DNA of 61,870 bases, the filler included, from Dimargaris cristalligena (taxonomy: Eukaryota), in NCBI GenBank assembly GCA_003614675.1. It is 21 parts of 21 records of this genome, joined end to end, with 100 filler letters (N's around TTAATTAATTAA, not from the genome) between each part and the next. Parts side by side here need not be neighbours in the genome. Positions count along the whole stretch, not along the records: positions 50,236 to 53,070 come from ML004101.1; positions 53,171 to 56,004 come from ML004102.1; positions 56,105 to 58,937 come from ML004103.1; positions 59,038 to 61,870 come from ML004104.1; 17 more parts are not named here. The stretch is one strand, 5' to 3'. Below are positions 50,856 to 61,870 of this stretch, one piece after another. Made by a program: the position numbers and the translations under genes. The notes beneath the pieces were generated by a model. The model ran no database searches. It saw only the letters and a list, made by a program, of their open reading frames with translations, and had not been told where the DNA came from. Each line of letters begins with the position of its first letter. Within the stretch, counting starts at the first letter, position 1.

Positions 50856-51239
50856 TTACGTCGACGACGACGGTGTTGGTGCCGGTGACTCGACTGCCGC
50901 TGGCGCTTTGGTTTGAAGGGACAGGGCATGGAGGCCTGCGTCGAGTTCGGGCTGCAAAAGGGAGTACACCGCCCGGTGCCGCTGGAGGGGCTTCAAGTGG
51001 CGGAAATACTCGGCCACAATGGTCACCTTGAAATGGGTTTCGGAATTGGTGACCCCGCGCATGGCCTCGTGGTGAGCGTGCAAATGGGACTGGTTCTCGA
51101 CCTCTAGTTCGGTGGGCTGGAAACGGGCCGTCAATTTCTCGCGGATCTGCAGTTCTACGGGACCTGGGAGACGGGCGCGCGTACGAGAAGTGGAGGTGGA
51201 CATGGCGGCGAGTCGAAGGCCGGGAATGCGGAAGGACAT
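50856..51239 (-). CDS. BOL1: BolA-family protein (BolA1-type), probably mitochondrial
   Basis: GPVE..IREKLT...LEVENQSHLHAHH...ETHFKVTIV...QRHRAVYSLL..EL..GLHALSL. The N-terminus is Arg/Ser-rich and lacks acidic residues. Confidence 0.92.
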   Translation of the reverse strand: MSFRIPGLRLAAMSTSTSRTRARLPGPVELQIREKLTARFQPTELEVENQSHLHAHHEAMRGVTNSETHFKVTIVAEYFRHLKPLQRHRAVYSLLQPELDAGLHALSLQTKAPAAVESPAPTPSSST

Positions 51240-51712
51240 GGGGGGTGAACACGAGTGGGCCGAAAGAGCACAGGTTTAGCTGCTGTACGACGACGACGTG
51301 GACGGGGGGAATCACATAAAGGCAGTCGATAAAACAAGGGGAGAGAGGGGAAGGAGGGCCAAAAGCCGCCCTGACTTCACCAGCGTAACCCTTACCTATA
51401 GGACCAGCAAAATATCCTCTAGTTATTATTGGCCTGTAACTGGCTCCCTAATTGTAGTGTGGACTTTTAGCAATGCTGTGTAACCCTTGTTAGTGCCTCC
51501 AGGCTTCGCTACCTCCCCAACTCACTTGTAAAACACCAGTCTACTCCAGCTCAGTCCAGCCCACCGCGTACTTATAACACCTGTTTGGCCTCACCCCTTG
51601 CGCCATAAGCCCTGTTCTGTTTCGTCCTGTAGTACTCCGTAACCTTCACCCTCCCGATAAACCAGCCCATTCCCGGCACCACTTCCCCACAAGTCGGCCA
51701 TCTACTGCAGCC

Positions 51713-52933
51713 ATGACCAGCCTCAAAGCCACGATTCCCTTCTCCGTCTACCAGAGCATCGCCGACCACCTGCGCGGGGCCGTCCCCGAGCACCTCCTGC
51801 CCTCGGTGGGTATCGTGTGCGGCTCGGGCCTAGGTGGTCTGGCCGACACGCTGGAGCCCGGCTTCGTGTCCTTCAACTACACCGACATTCCCAACTTTCC
51901 CCAGAGTACCGGTAAGTACCGGTTACGACTGGTTCATTCACAGCTCGAAGGAGAGGCAGTGGACCCCCCCTCTCCTCCTCCCTTACAGCACACTTCCCCC
52001 TCTTAGTTGCCCCCTGACCCCGTCAAGAAATTGCTGTGACTGCCACCGATGGCTACAGCCTGTCCCCGTGACCTATATCGCTCGACAATCCCTCTAACTC
52101 CTACAATACGTACCCCCTTAATAACTCAATCATTTCCCCCTACTATTTCCCGAACTCCGACCCAACCAGTCGCGGGTCATGCTGGCAAGCTAGTCTTTGG
52201 TCTGCTCCGCGGCAAGCCTACGGTGTGCATGGTAGGCCGCTTCCACTTCTACGAGGGCTACAGCCTCGAAACCACTGTACTACCCCTGCGCGTCATGCAC
52301 CTCCTGGGCGTTCAGACCCTGATTGTCACCAACGCCGCCGGCAGTTTGAACGATGCCCATAACGTCGGTGATTTGGTGCTCATCAAGGACCACGTCTCGG
52401 TACCCACTCTGACCGGTCTGAACCCCCTGATCGGACCCAACCTCACCGAGTTTGGCCCCCGTTTCCCCGCCGTCTCCGACGTGTACGACTTCGACCTGCG
52501 CGTCCGTCTGGCGGAGACGTTCTACCGCGACCCCAGTCTGCAGGCCCGCGGCATGTCTATTCATGAGGGCGTGTACACGTTTGTTTCGGGTCCCAGCTAC
52601 GAATCCCGGGCCGAAGGCCGGTTCCTGCGCTCCATCGGGGCCGATGTGGTCGGTATGAGCACCATCCCGGAAATCATCACCGCCGCCCACTGTGGCCTCA
52701 AACTCATCTGTCTGTCCCTCATCACCAACAAGGTGGTCATTCGGCCCGAACCCTCCGCTTTGGCCGAGGCCCAGCGTCGCATCGCCCCCCAGGACGACCC
52801 CGCCAACGGCGTCACCAGCGAGTCGCTGGCCAACCGGGATATCAAGGCCACCCACGCTGAAGTATTGGCGATGAGCGCCACCCGGTCCCAGGATGTGCAG
52901 AACCTGGTGTCCGCCTTCGTGGCCTTCCTATAG
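51713..52933 (+). CDS. PNP1: Purine nucleoside phosphorylase (exons 51713-51911, 52170-52933)
   Basis: GIVCGSGLGGL, IPNFPQST|VAGHAGKL, GRFHFYEG, TNAAGSLN, GPSYES, VGMST. The GTAAGT...CCAG intron at 51912-52169 is in frame. Confidence 0.97.
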
Positions 52934-55900
52934 TAGTAGAAGGAGTCTTGGTGGTAATTACGATCCATTGGAAACCTTACCTTGAATACATGTTGTTGTT
53001 GTTGCTGTATATTGACGTTAAATGTATTGGGGTCTACGACGCAGGGTCGGGTAAGACGCCCTTTCATCTANNNNNNNNNNNNNNNNNNNNNNNNNNNNNN
53101 NNNNNNNNNNNNNNTTAATTAATTAANNNNNNNNNNNNNNNNNNNNNNNNNNNNNNNNNNNNNNNNNNNNTTTAACTGATATGTGTATGGGAAAATCGGT
53201 GGGATGTTTATTTTCAACCAGTAGTATTTGCCTCATCAAATGGATTTTTCATTATACAGCCTTACTGAACTACTCCCATTTGGTACTTTTCATAATCGCC
53301 CATACCTGTTGTCTGTCTGAAAGGTGTGGTTCGCTCGAGATATCCACGACCGGCCGGGAATTGGTCGGCCTTATATAAATGTATATTATAAGGAAATTTG
53401 ATAGGTCCACTTAATTACTACATCTCTGAGTTCCCAATGCTTGGAAGACCAAGACGCTCTAGGGTATACTAGGGATTGGTGGACAAGGAGCCAGGGAATA
53501 GTCATGTGGGATAGAAAAGGTGGGCATGGAAACAGGGGGTCACCAGATAGGCAGTTTAAAATAGCAAGTAGGGAGCCCTAGACAAAGCATGTTCAGACGC
53601 GGGGGGATTGGGAGGGAATGGGTGGTATCAATGTATTAATAACGAGTGTACCCCATAGCTCTCGAACTACCACCCCATATCCCAGAGGGCTGGTCAATAG
53701 ACTATAGTTTATTGTAATCCACATTTGCTACTTAATATCTGTACATTCAACATTATAAAATATGTAGCAGGGTTAGTATCAGATCGTCTCTCTAAGGTGA
53801 GGACCATTCCCCCAGGGGAGGAACGACTGGGTATCAACCAACCCGTTCGGTGAAGGAAAGGTCTAGCTAAGAATAGTTATATTTTATTGATGCACATTTG
53901 AAACCCACAACGACTCGGTTAAGGGTTGACCATGTTCCTGACAAAGATCATTCATAATGAAGGTGCTGGGATGTATAAAAGATGGATGAAAGATGGGAAG
54001 CGAGGTGTAGAGAAATTATAAAATTGAACTGTGGTTGGGCTACAGTAGGCTAATGAAAGCACGTGAGTGAAAAACATCCAATTAAAATTTGCGCCAATCG
54101 GAGCAAAGTGACTTTTGACGGCCATTGGTATTGCCAGTGCTGGGCTAGCCGCACACCCAAACAGCATACCTTGGCCAATTTGAACGATTTAAACTAGTGG
54201 TACAGTATATAATGGTGTCTAATATCAGCCAGAAATCGTAACTTGCGTAATTGCTCAATTGTCCCAGTGACTATTTTTTTTTAGTTTCTCAAGTGTGCTT
54301 AGAAGACAGTAACGTACCCTGGTATTACATTGTATATCTTTTGCTTTAAAGATCTGATTTTGCAGAGTGGGGAAGGCCATACCTAAAACCGATTTTTTTA
54401 GCGGTCCCGTTATAAGAGCAACATTGGATATTTAAAAATAGTTTAACGTATCAGGAAGCTGCAGCGCGGATTCCAATATGCCAGAGGCCAGAGAATGGAC
54501 CTAGTTACATATTGGTAACCAGTATACTATGGCCCGTCCGAAAAAGTGCCCAGTTTACATAAATTCATTGAGATAAATAAAACCCGAGACTATAATGACG
54601 TGTTCCCGAACAATTATGCAGTGTATTAAAAAGCCCCCTAACCCATATTGCCGGCAGAATGACATATCTCCGAGCTGTAAAGTAACTCTCGAATTGGGTC
54701 ATACCGTCAACCGCGATATACAATCGGGAGTGTAATTCTAGTGGAATGGGTTTGGGAAACCCCTCTGGATACGTGTGAACTGGCCTTCCTACAACTCGTA
54801 AGCCTCATGGAACAACCAACTTAGAGGATGGCTGGTTTAGTCTAACCAATGACTCAGCAATATTAGAATACCTTGGACAACAGCAGCTTTGGCAGCTGAG
54901 CCTACCTGGGCCAGGCAGTGTTACCACCTCGGATTTTTCTGTATTCCCCACTGACACCCGACCGGAGGCTAGCGAATGCCGCAGTTTTAATGATGGATAC
55001 AACCGCCAATATATCGCAAAAACCCCGGACTTCACTGGTCTTGGCAATTGGATACTTAGTTTAAAGCAGGGAGGATCACAAAACGAGCGAACCTCGGAGC
55101 GTTATATAATCCGCGTATTTAAAATTTGCACCAATGCCCATCAACACCGAAATATCGACGAAGTTCCATTAGAAAGGGAGATGATCATGTGAATCAACTG
55201 GTGCCTAAGATTGATTATTTACCATACCATCAGTCTTTCCCAGGGGCAGCTGGGCCAATATATACCACTAGGCAATTAAAATGGCGTATGAGGCAGTCTA
55301 ATGTATCCTGGCGGTGTTTTTGCGAGTCGGCGATGATAGTGTGATAAGGTTGGCTACCCAATCCCCGCAAGATTCTTGCAGTAGGAATAGCGAATGTATA
55401 GCCCATATTTGGTCTGCTAGTGAGACAGCTGGATACGGATGAGCCCCGTATGAAGGGGTTCGCTGGGAGGATGATAAAAGTAGAATAAACGAGAAAGTCG
55501 GCTATTTAGTGTTTAGAGGGAATGAAAGAGAGTACATCCAATTAGATATATCTAGCGGAAATCCGTCGGCTGCAGTTGGGCTAAAAATTATGTCTTGAGT
55601 GGGTGGTTAGTCGATAAACTGCACAGTTTCGTTTAGCCCTCCTCCATCCTCAAATATGTCCGTTGGTTGACTTCTAAAATGCTTCCCAATCTAACATTGG
55701 AGAAAGCTAAGGCCGCTGGAACACTACTCACACAGTCGCGACTTCATTTATGACTGGCGGCGTGGGTAGGGGAGAAATCGCCGTTCTTCCATACTGTTTG
55801 GCGAAGGCGAATCCTTATCTAACTGTAGGGGCTAATGGCTTGGATTGGGTGTGGAGTTCCCAAACAACAGAGATTGTCACACTATATTGGTCGAAAATTT

Positions 55901-56194
55901 GCACCAATAGGAGAAGCCCTACAAAAATGGTGCTCACCAAAAATGATCGAACCCTTGGGTTTTGAAAAATTATATAAGTAGGGGGCATCCACGGTTCGCC
56001 ATTCNNNNNNNNNNNNNNNNNNNNNNNNNNNNNNNNNNNNNNNNNNNNTTAATTAATTAANNNNNNNNNNNNNNNNNNNNNNNNNNNNNNNNNNNNNNNN
56101 NNNNAGGGGGAAATGCTTCTGATTGCTGGCCATTATTGTACTACGTAGATGATGGCTCCTGCTAAACCCTACCAGTCCCACCTTCCATCCGTAG

Positions 56195-58525
56195 GGCATC
56201 TTCCCCCATGGGATTGCAATAATGACCAAAGCCGACTACTTTTCCTTAAGTAACATTCAGAACGCGTTTCTTAAAGTCTCGGTGGAAGTCGCCGAGTATC
56301 CCGAGTACGCCGGGGCTCTCTTGGCCCATCTATATTCCACTACCATGGTTCACTGGGATGCCCGGATGCGCGATCTGGCGGGAGAGGCGGTGGCGCTGCT
56401 GGTCCCCTTTGCCGTGGAAGCTGTGGTTAATGCACACTTACCCCAAGCATTGAAGGCTTGCCAATCCACCGGTCTTATTGAACGCCATGGTGGCCTAGTG
56501 GTTGCAGGTGCAACTTACCGGGTTTTGGCTGCTTTGGCCTCTGCTAGGACTGAATCTATTCCCGATTTATCCTCCGAATTGGTCGAGGTAGGTTTTCTGT
56601 ACTTGTATCACTATACTTCTGTGTTCTATCAGGCAATAATAGATACAGGATTTGTTGACCATATAAGGCCTATCAAAATACCTGGAATGATTACTTACGT
56701 TATCCTCTTCACTATTTTTTTGTATACTGCCCGCTAATTCGCATTGTGACTCTTGCCCATGAAACCGTCCCAGTTGCTCACGCACATCCCCACTGGAATT
56801 TCCCCTACCTATTTGGCCGATTTCGGTTCCGATATAACCTGGGCGGCCCTCTGTGACTATATAGGCCAAATTCTTCAAGCCAACTGGCATTCCGTGCCAG
56901 CTTCACTTGCCACGCCCTGGGTTGAACTCCTGGAATCCGTGTTAGCCCGACCTGAAGGCACTCTCCACACTAAGGCCTGCGAAGCACTTTACTGGTATTA
57001 TCGCCAGTTCAGCCAAGTCTCGGCTAGCCGCCTAGTTACCTATTGTCAACACTTGGAACCCGGCCAGCCTCCATCGACTCGGCGTGGTTTTTGCCTGGCG
57101 CTAGGATCCTTTCAGCTTGCGGAGTCGAAGGAGCAGGGTGGCCAAGTCATTCGGGCCCTGGAATCGTTATTCGTTGACCCAACCAAGGCCCCCAAATCCA
57201 CCGTCGAGCTGAAAGAGAATGCCTTGATCGTTTTGCGCCAACTATTTATCCAACTAGCCGAGTCCACCCAAACCGCTGCCGAATATTTAACCGCTGACCA
57301 ATGGGAATCCATTTTCCGTATTTTAATCCCGGCCCTCAACGACTATACAACGGACAACCGGGGTGACGTGGGTTCCCATGTTCGTAAAGCAGCTACTGAG
57401 CTCGTCCGGTTCGTGCTGCCCCAAGTGCCGGAGTTGCTTTTAACCCAGCAGCCCGTTCTGGTCGAATGTCACCGGCAGATTATCAGTACGCTGATTCGGC
57501 TAGTGTTCGAAAAAATGGACCGGTTGCGGATTGCGGCCGGGGATACTTTAGCCTATCTTCTGTATGGCTACTATAATGTTCCCCAACCGGACTTGCCTTT
57601 GAAAGACAGGAGCTCAGACGGGGAGAAGGAGGATACAACACCTATTATTTCAGCGGAGCCTCAGGTGGCTTACCCCGCCTACCTATTGTCCGATCGTCGC
57701 TCCCCTTGTTTGGTGGAAGCGGGCGAAATGCCCAATCTCGTAGGCCCCCAGCGGTCCTCACTGTTGGAAGCGATTCCCCAAGCTGGTACGGCCGCCTTTT
57801 ACTGGGACGCACCCGCTCAAGTGCTGGCGCGGATGAGCCAACTGGTTCATACCCCGTCCTTCCGACGGGATGTTATATTAGGCCTTCTGATCAGTACCGG
57901 TTCCCCCCTGGATCACCTACGTGGGGTGGCCAGTGCTAGTTTCATCCAAATCTTGGTGGATGCTGCCCAGTCCGCCTCGGCTCCTCCGGCTGAAACTGAG
58001 GCAGTGGCCGCCACCACCGATCCTGACACGGTCCTTCAGCAAGTGACCGAACTGCTTACCGAATACAACCGCGACGATCGGATTGTTCACCCCATCTACA
58101 GTGCACTGAATGTTTTAACCGAGGCGGGGGCCTTAAATACCGTATCGGTGGCGTCATTGGCGAAACTTCTCGTGCAGATCCGCAAGGAAAACTACCAAAC
58201 GCGGGATACCAAACGACTCACCTCCACCGTAGCCATTTACAGTCACTTATTAAGCCACTCGTCCGAATTGCGGGCTAAAATCCTGCCCCATTTGCTCGGG
58301 TTTTTGGCCCATCCGTTCCCTGTGATCCGACAGGCGGCAGCGGATCATCTTTACATGAGCCTTTGCTTCACGGTACTGTACCCCAGACCGGAGGATTTGG
58401 AGTTTGAGAGCTATATCACCGATACGGCCTGGAAGCAACCGACTGCCCAAACACGGGCGGTCCGGATGAACCTCTATGATTATCTCCAAGTTCCTAAACC
58501 GGTTGTTGCTCCCAAGAAGGCCTAA
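56195..58525 (+). CDS. TBCD: Tubulin-folding cofactor D, C-terminal part (exons 56195-56587, 56774-58525)
   Basis: GIFPHGI...ADYF, HWD..MR.LA, DYTTDNRGDVGSHVR, EKMDRLR, LAHPFPVIR. Intron GTAGGT...GCTAAT...CAG. Confidence 0.92.
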
Positions 58526-59037
58526 TCGGCGGTAAATTAGGCGGAGCTGAGTGATATTAATTAGCCGCACATCGTTTATTCATAGTAGCCTCCTTCTATC
58601 AATTAACACCACAGCCTTCTTTTTTGTTGTTGCTGGGGGGGGAGTACTGATGCATCCCATTATGCATTACCTTACAAATCTACAAATTATTATTCATTTA
58701 GCTTCTCGTGGATATGTAAGGTGATTTTCGGCTTTCTAGGCCAACATATTTCAATACTATAGCCTTGTTTGGCCATATATTATACGCAATAAACTACATA
58801 TGTATTCCAAATGGATTATATGAGCCAATATATAAATATGGGAGTGGTCCAATGAGGCTGTATTACGAATTATCTGGGAGATGTTCTACCAGGCTATATA
58901 ACCAAATATACGTTGGATGAGGCAAACATCAGTGGTTNNNNNNNNNNNNNNNNNNNNNNNNNNNNNNNNNNNNNNNNNNNNTTAATTAATTAANNNNNNN
59001 NNNNNNNNNNNNNNNNNNNNNNNNNNNNNNNNNNNNN

Positions 59038-59162
59038 AAAAATGACCATACTCGTCAGGGGCAGGGGCAGGGGCTCATTCACTCGTCAGGGGCATACTTC
59101 CGATAAGTGCAAAAAATGGATTAAAAATAAAAGTAAGTAAAAAATGTGGTATGTTCACCACA
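59038..59162 (-). mobile_element. Family D element terminus inserted in the integrase 3' region
   Basis: The reverse complement reads TGTGGTGAACATACCACA... and matches the 47060 copy. Confidence 0.75.
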
Positions 59163-60380
59163 CTGGTCACCAGACACTTGTTCTTGTTGGAGGCATTTAT
59201 CATGGACCACAGGGGTGATGGTATACTTGTTGCCACTATGGATGCCTTCAATGGAGATGAGACCCTCAAAGGGGGCCTGTAGAGATAGGGGTCCATGGGG
59301 GACTTGGACTGGGATGTAGTCTCCAATATGGTACTGTGTGGGGTCCATGGGCTTGGGGCCCAGCTTATGGCAGACCCTTTGGTAAGCTTCACTGAGTTGG
59401 TTGCTGAGCTCATTAACATAGGCAGAGCTGGTTGAGGTGTGGAGGGCATTGGGTTCAGCATTTTGAGCAATGTTGACCAGCATGTGGGGGTCCCTACCAT
59501 ACATCAAGTAGAAGGGCTTGTTGATAATAACACAGATATGAGCCATGCGGTAGGCAAATAAGTGGAGGGCTAGGTGTTGGTCCCACTGTGGGTTGTCCCC
59601 AGAGGAGTGCTTTGTGATCATGTATTTAAGTGTGCCATTGAGCCATTCTACAGCTCTGTTGCTTTGGGGGTGGTATGGGATGGCCATTTAATAGTCTACC
59701 CCCAAGAGGTGCAGGGTCTGCCGAAGTATACTCACAGTGAATTGCTTACTGCAGTTAGAGATGAGGATTCAGGGACAGCCATGGATGCTGATCACATCTT
59801 CAATGAGGAATTGGATGATGGCTTGGGCTGTAATATTTGGGACTGTGCATGTGAAAGGCCATTGATTAAAATAGTTAATGGTAATGATGACAAACTTGTT
59901 GCTTTTCTGGGTGGTGTTGAAAGGGCCAATTATGTTAATACCCAGTCAATCTAACAGGCTGGTGAGAGGGGTAACTAACTGTGCAAGTAGTTGGGGGCCT
60001 GTTGATGGTACTGGAAAGTCTCACAACCTCACACATGTTCTTTGATAGCTTTATCCATGGAGGGCCAGTATATAGTCTGATAGAGCTAATGTAGGACCAT
60101 TTTAGTGCCTAGGTAGCCAGTACTAGGCCCATTATGGGCAGCATTGATAGCTGCCACTCAGTGTAATTTGGGCAGGATGAGGTAGTTTTGGCTGCCAGGG
60201 CCTTGTTGGTACCGCAGTTGGTCTGTCAGTATAAAGGTCTGGTTTTTTCTACAGAATTTCCGGAACATCTGGTCCTCCATGTGATTACACAGGTACTTTA
60301 CGTTGGGGTCTGCTAGCTGGTCCTGGAGCATCTGGGTTGGGGGGATGGTGGCGGCTAGGATGGTGGGCTGCACATTAGTA
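59163..60380 (-). pseudogene. Decayed Ty3/Gypsy retrotransposon integrase (zinc-binding region and catalytic core)
   Basis: AH.....GYLG....L....YWPSMDKAIKEHV*GCET, PYHPQSNRAVEWLNGTLK, WDQHL...LFAYR, PFYLMYGRDP. Stops and R>W, G>R changes. Confidence 0.9.
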
Positions 60381-60687
60381 GACCTAAAGCTAGAGGAGCC
60401 ATATTCTGTTTTGCTCAGAATGGTGGTTTCCAGCAGGAGGGGAGATTCATATTGTTGGAAGATGAGTTAGTGATGCAGTCCCCAGGCCAGAAGTGGAGCA
60501 TTTTGGTTATGAGGTTGTGCATCAGGACTTGGATCTCACCTCAGAAATCGGTGTTAATGACCCCACCTTAGATAGTAATGCAGTATAGACCCAGGGAACT
60601 GCATTCTCAGACAAGGGTCACCATGGGTGGCTCTATTTGGAGGGCCCAACCCGTGGCTACTTTGGTGCAGTAGTGGGGTGCTAGATC

Positions 60688-60910
60688 TGTTGAAGAATAT
60701 ATTCCTATGTGTTCTTTATTCTATCCTATTTTTACCTAATTACATTAGTTTATTCTGCTATCATGAGATCATTCATGTTAGCCACTTATATTTCACCCCA
60801 CAGAAATTACAGTTCAATAAAACTAACCACCTAGAGGTACCTATTATCCTCTAGCTACTTTCTTCCCTTAATTCCAGTTTTTTTTCCTTTATGACCTTAG
60901 TATTCCAACA
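60688..60910 (+). mobile_element. LTR family C copy
   Basis: TGTTGAAG...TTCCAACA, same length as 702-924. No TSD. Confidence 0.85.
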
Positions 60911-61034
60911 TAATAGGCATTTATAATTGAATTTACTGGAATATAAAGTGGCTAAGTAATTAAGTCTTTTGGTAAGAAATATGATTATAGAATAAATATA
61001 TCAAGGTTAGGGGTTACTTAACCCTTGACCCCAA

Positions 61035-61619
61035 TGTCACCCAGATTAACCACTCTTAGTCCATCAAGAGTCCCAGGGATAGGCTTCTAACAGTAGATGG
61101 GGCTTAGACTAGGCCAAGTAGGTCCCGGCATTAGGTAGGGGGCATGATACTAACTAATAAAGGCTATGTGCAGGTATATACAAGGGATGTGCAGTGGGCA
61201 CACTTACTAGTTAGTCTAAGGGGAGTGAGTGTATATAGAGTTTATTAGGATAAACTATGGGGGATAAGAATAAGCTAAGGAATCAATCCAGTCCCAATAG
61301 GGCCTGGTTATATATACATGGGGGATAACTCCAGAGGGAGGTCCCCAAGGGAAAATACTACTAAGACTAAGGTATACTAAAATAAGCTGACTGGATGGCT
61401 GTGAGGATCTGGAAGACTCGGGTGGTAACCAGAAGAGTCATTAGATCAGTACTGGAGTGAGTAGTGTAAAGAGTCAGAGTCCAGAAGGGGAATGGTTGTA
61501 TGACATAGGATGATCCCAGAGTACTGGGGGTGACTATGGGAATGTTACTATGACATGATAAGGCCTAATAGAGGTAGGCACTAAGGTGTCCAGATTAAGG
61601 AGGAATAGATGGCCTAATA
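61035..61619 (-). mobile_element. LTR family A, full-length decayed copy
   Basis: TGTCACCCAGATTAACC... to ...GGCCTAATA, collinear with 34558-35124. No TSD. Confidence 0.85.
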
Positions 61620-61703
61620 GTGTGCTGGTCATTTTAGAACAGCTATATCTTGCTCTTGAGAAAAATTACAGACCTGTCATTTTTCACATACAAACTAGAA
61701 AGG

Positions 61704-61870
61704 TGTCGCCCCTCCTAATCCGTCCTAATCCAACCGATATGACCGCCGTCATATCAGGCCGTATAGCGCCATAGTATACCCCCCCGGCCCTAACCAGGCC
61801 GAACATCATTGATAGCCCTTAACCGGCCAGGCCTCCCGGAGTTCGCACTAATCACTCGTAGGTGATCTTA
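61704..61870 (+). mobile_element. 5' end of an LTR related to family A, CpG-rich
   Basis: TGTCGCCCCTCCTAAT compared with family A TGTCGGCCCTCCTAAT, and AGGCCGTATAGCGCCATA compared with AGGCCTTATAGCACTATA. Confidence 0.65.

Noticed and set aside
47293-56004. Short ORFs in pieces 47293-50135 and 53171-56004
   Set aside because: No recognisable motifs or consistent coding bias. Treated as intergenic or unresolved.
2901-59037. Regularly spaced palindrome TTAATTAATTAA as a biological repeat array
   Set aside because: It is always flanked by exactly 44 N on each side, so it is an artificial linker. ORFs ending in XXXLIN are artefacts.
39179-60380. In-frame TGA codons as selenocysteine or an alternative genetic code
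   Set aside because: TAA and TAG stops and frameshifts co-occur, the interpretable TGA sits at an Arg (CGA) position, and intact genes read in the standard code.
60911-60925. TAATAGG after the family C LTR as a mutated primer-binding site (TGGTAG)
   Set aside because: It needs two assumed mutations, and no tRNA complement can be verified from this window.
1-61870. Gene cluster or operon-like system across pieces (e.g. NFS1, BolA, TIM22, TPC1 as a mitochondrial/Fe-S cluster)
   Set aside because: Pieces are ordered by length, so adjacency across linkers carries no information.
1-61870. CRISPR array or prokaryotic defence locus
   Set aside because: No repeat-spacer periodicity and no Cas-like ORFs. 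The sequence is intron-containing eukaryotic DNA.

Overview
This is not one contiguous locus. It is 21 short assembly pieces (about 2.76-2.90 kb each, almost perfectly sorted by decreasing length) joined by identical artificial 100-nt linkers (N44-TTAATTAATTAA-N44). The DNA is eukaryotic and fungal-like, with GT-AG introns. An early-diverging fungus is inferred, and possibly an amplified single-cell assembly. The pieces fall broadly into two classes. (1) CpG-rich pieces carry whole or partial housekeeping genes: TIM22, BMT5-like, Cdc24-like PB1 C-terminus, SMG1 kinase, an INTS13/Asunder-like gene, NFS1, BUD13, WAPL, TPC1, RPS3, AP-3 delta, BolA1, PNP1 and TBCD. (2) AT-richer pieces are often almost devoid of CpG and hold at least four LTR-like families (solo copies with 5-bp target-site duplications, nested insertions), a decayed Ty3/Gypsy integrase, a decayed SMC5 copy and an unidentified decayed paralogous gene pair. 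The most interesting signals are a repeat-targeted C-to-T/G-to-A mutation signature (mainly CpG, also CpA) that appears to spread from an LTR into a host gene copy, and two RNA-processing factors that yeasts lack (a compact SMG1 and an Integrator-subunit-13-like gene). No CRISPR array, rRNA or tRNA could be supported. All homology calls come from motif recognition by eye, not from database searches.
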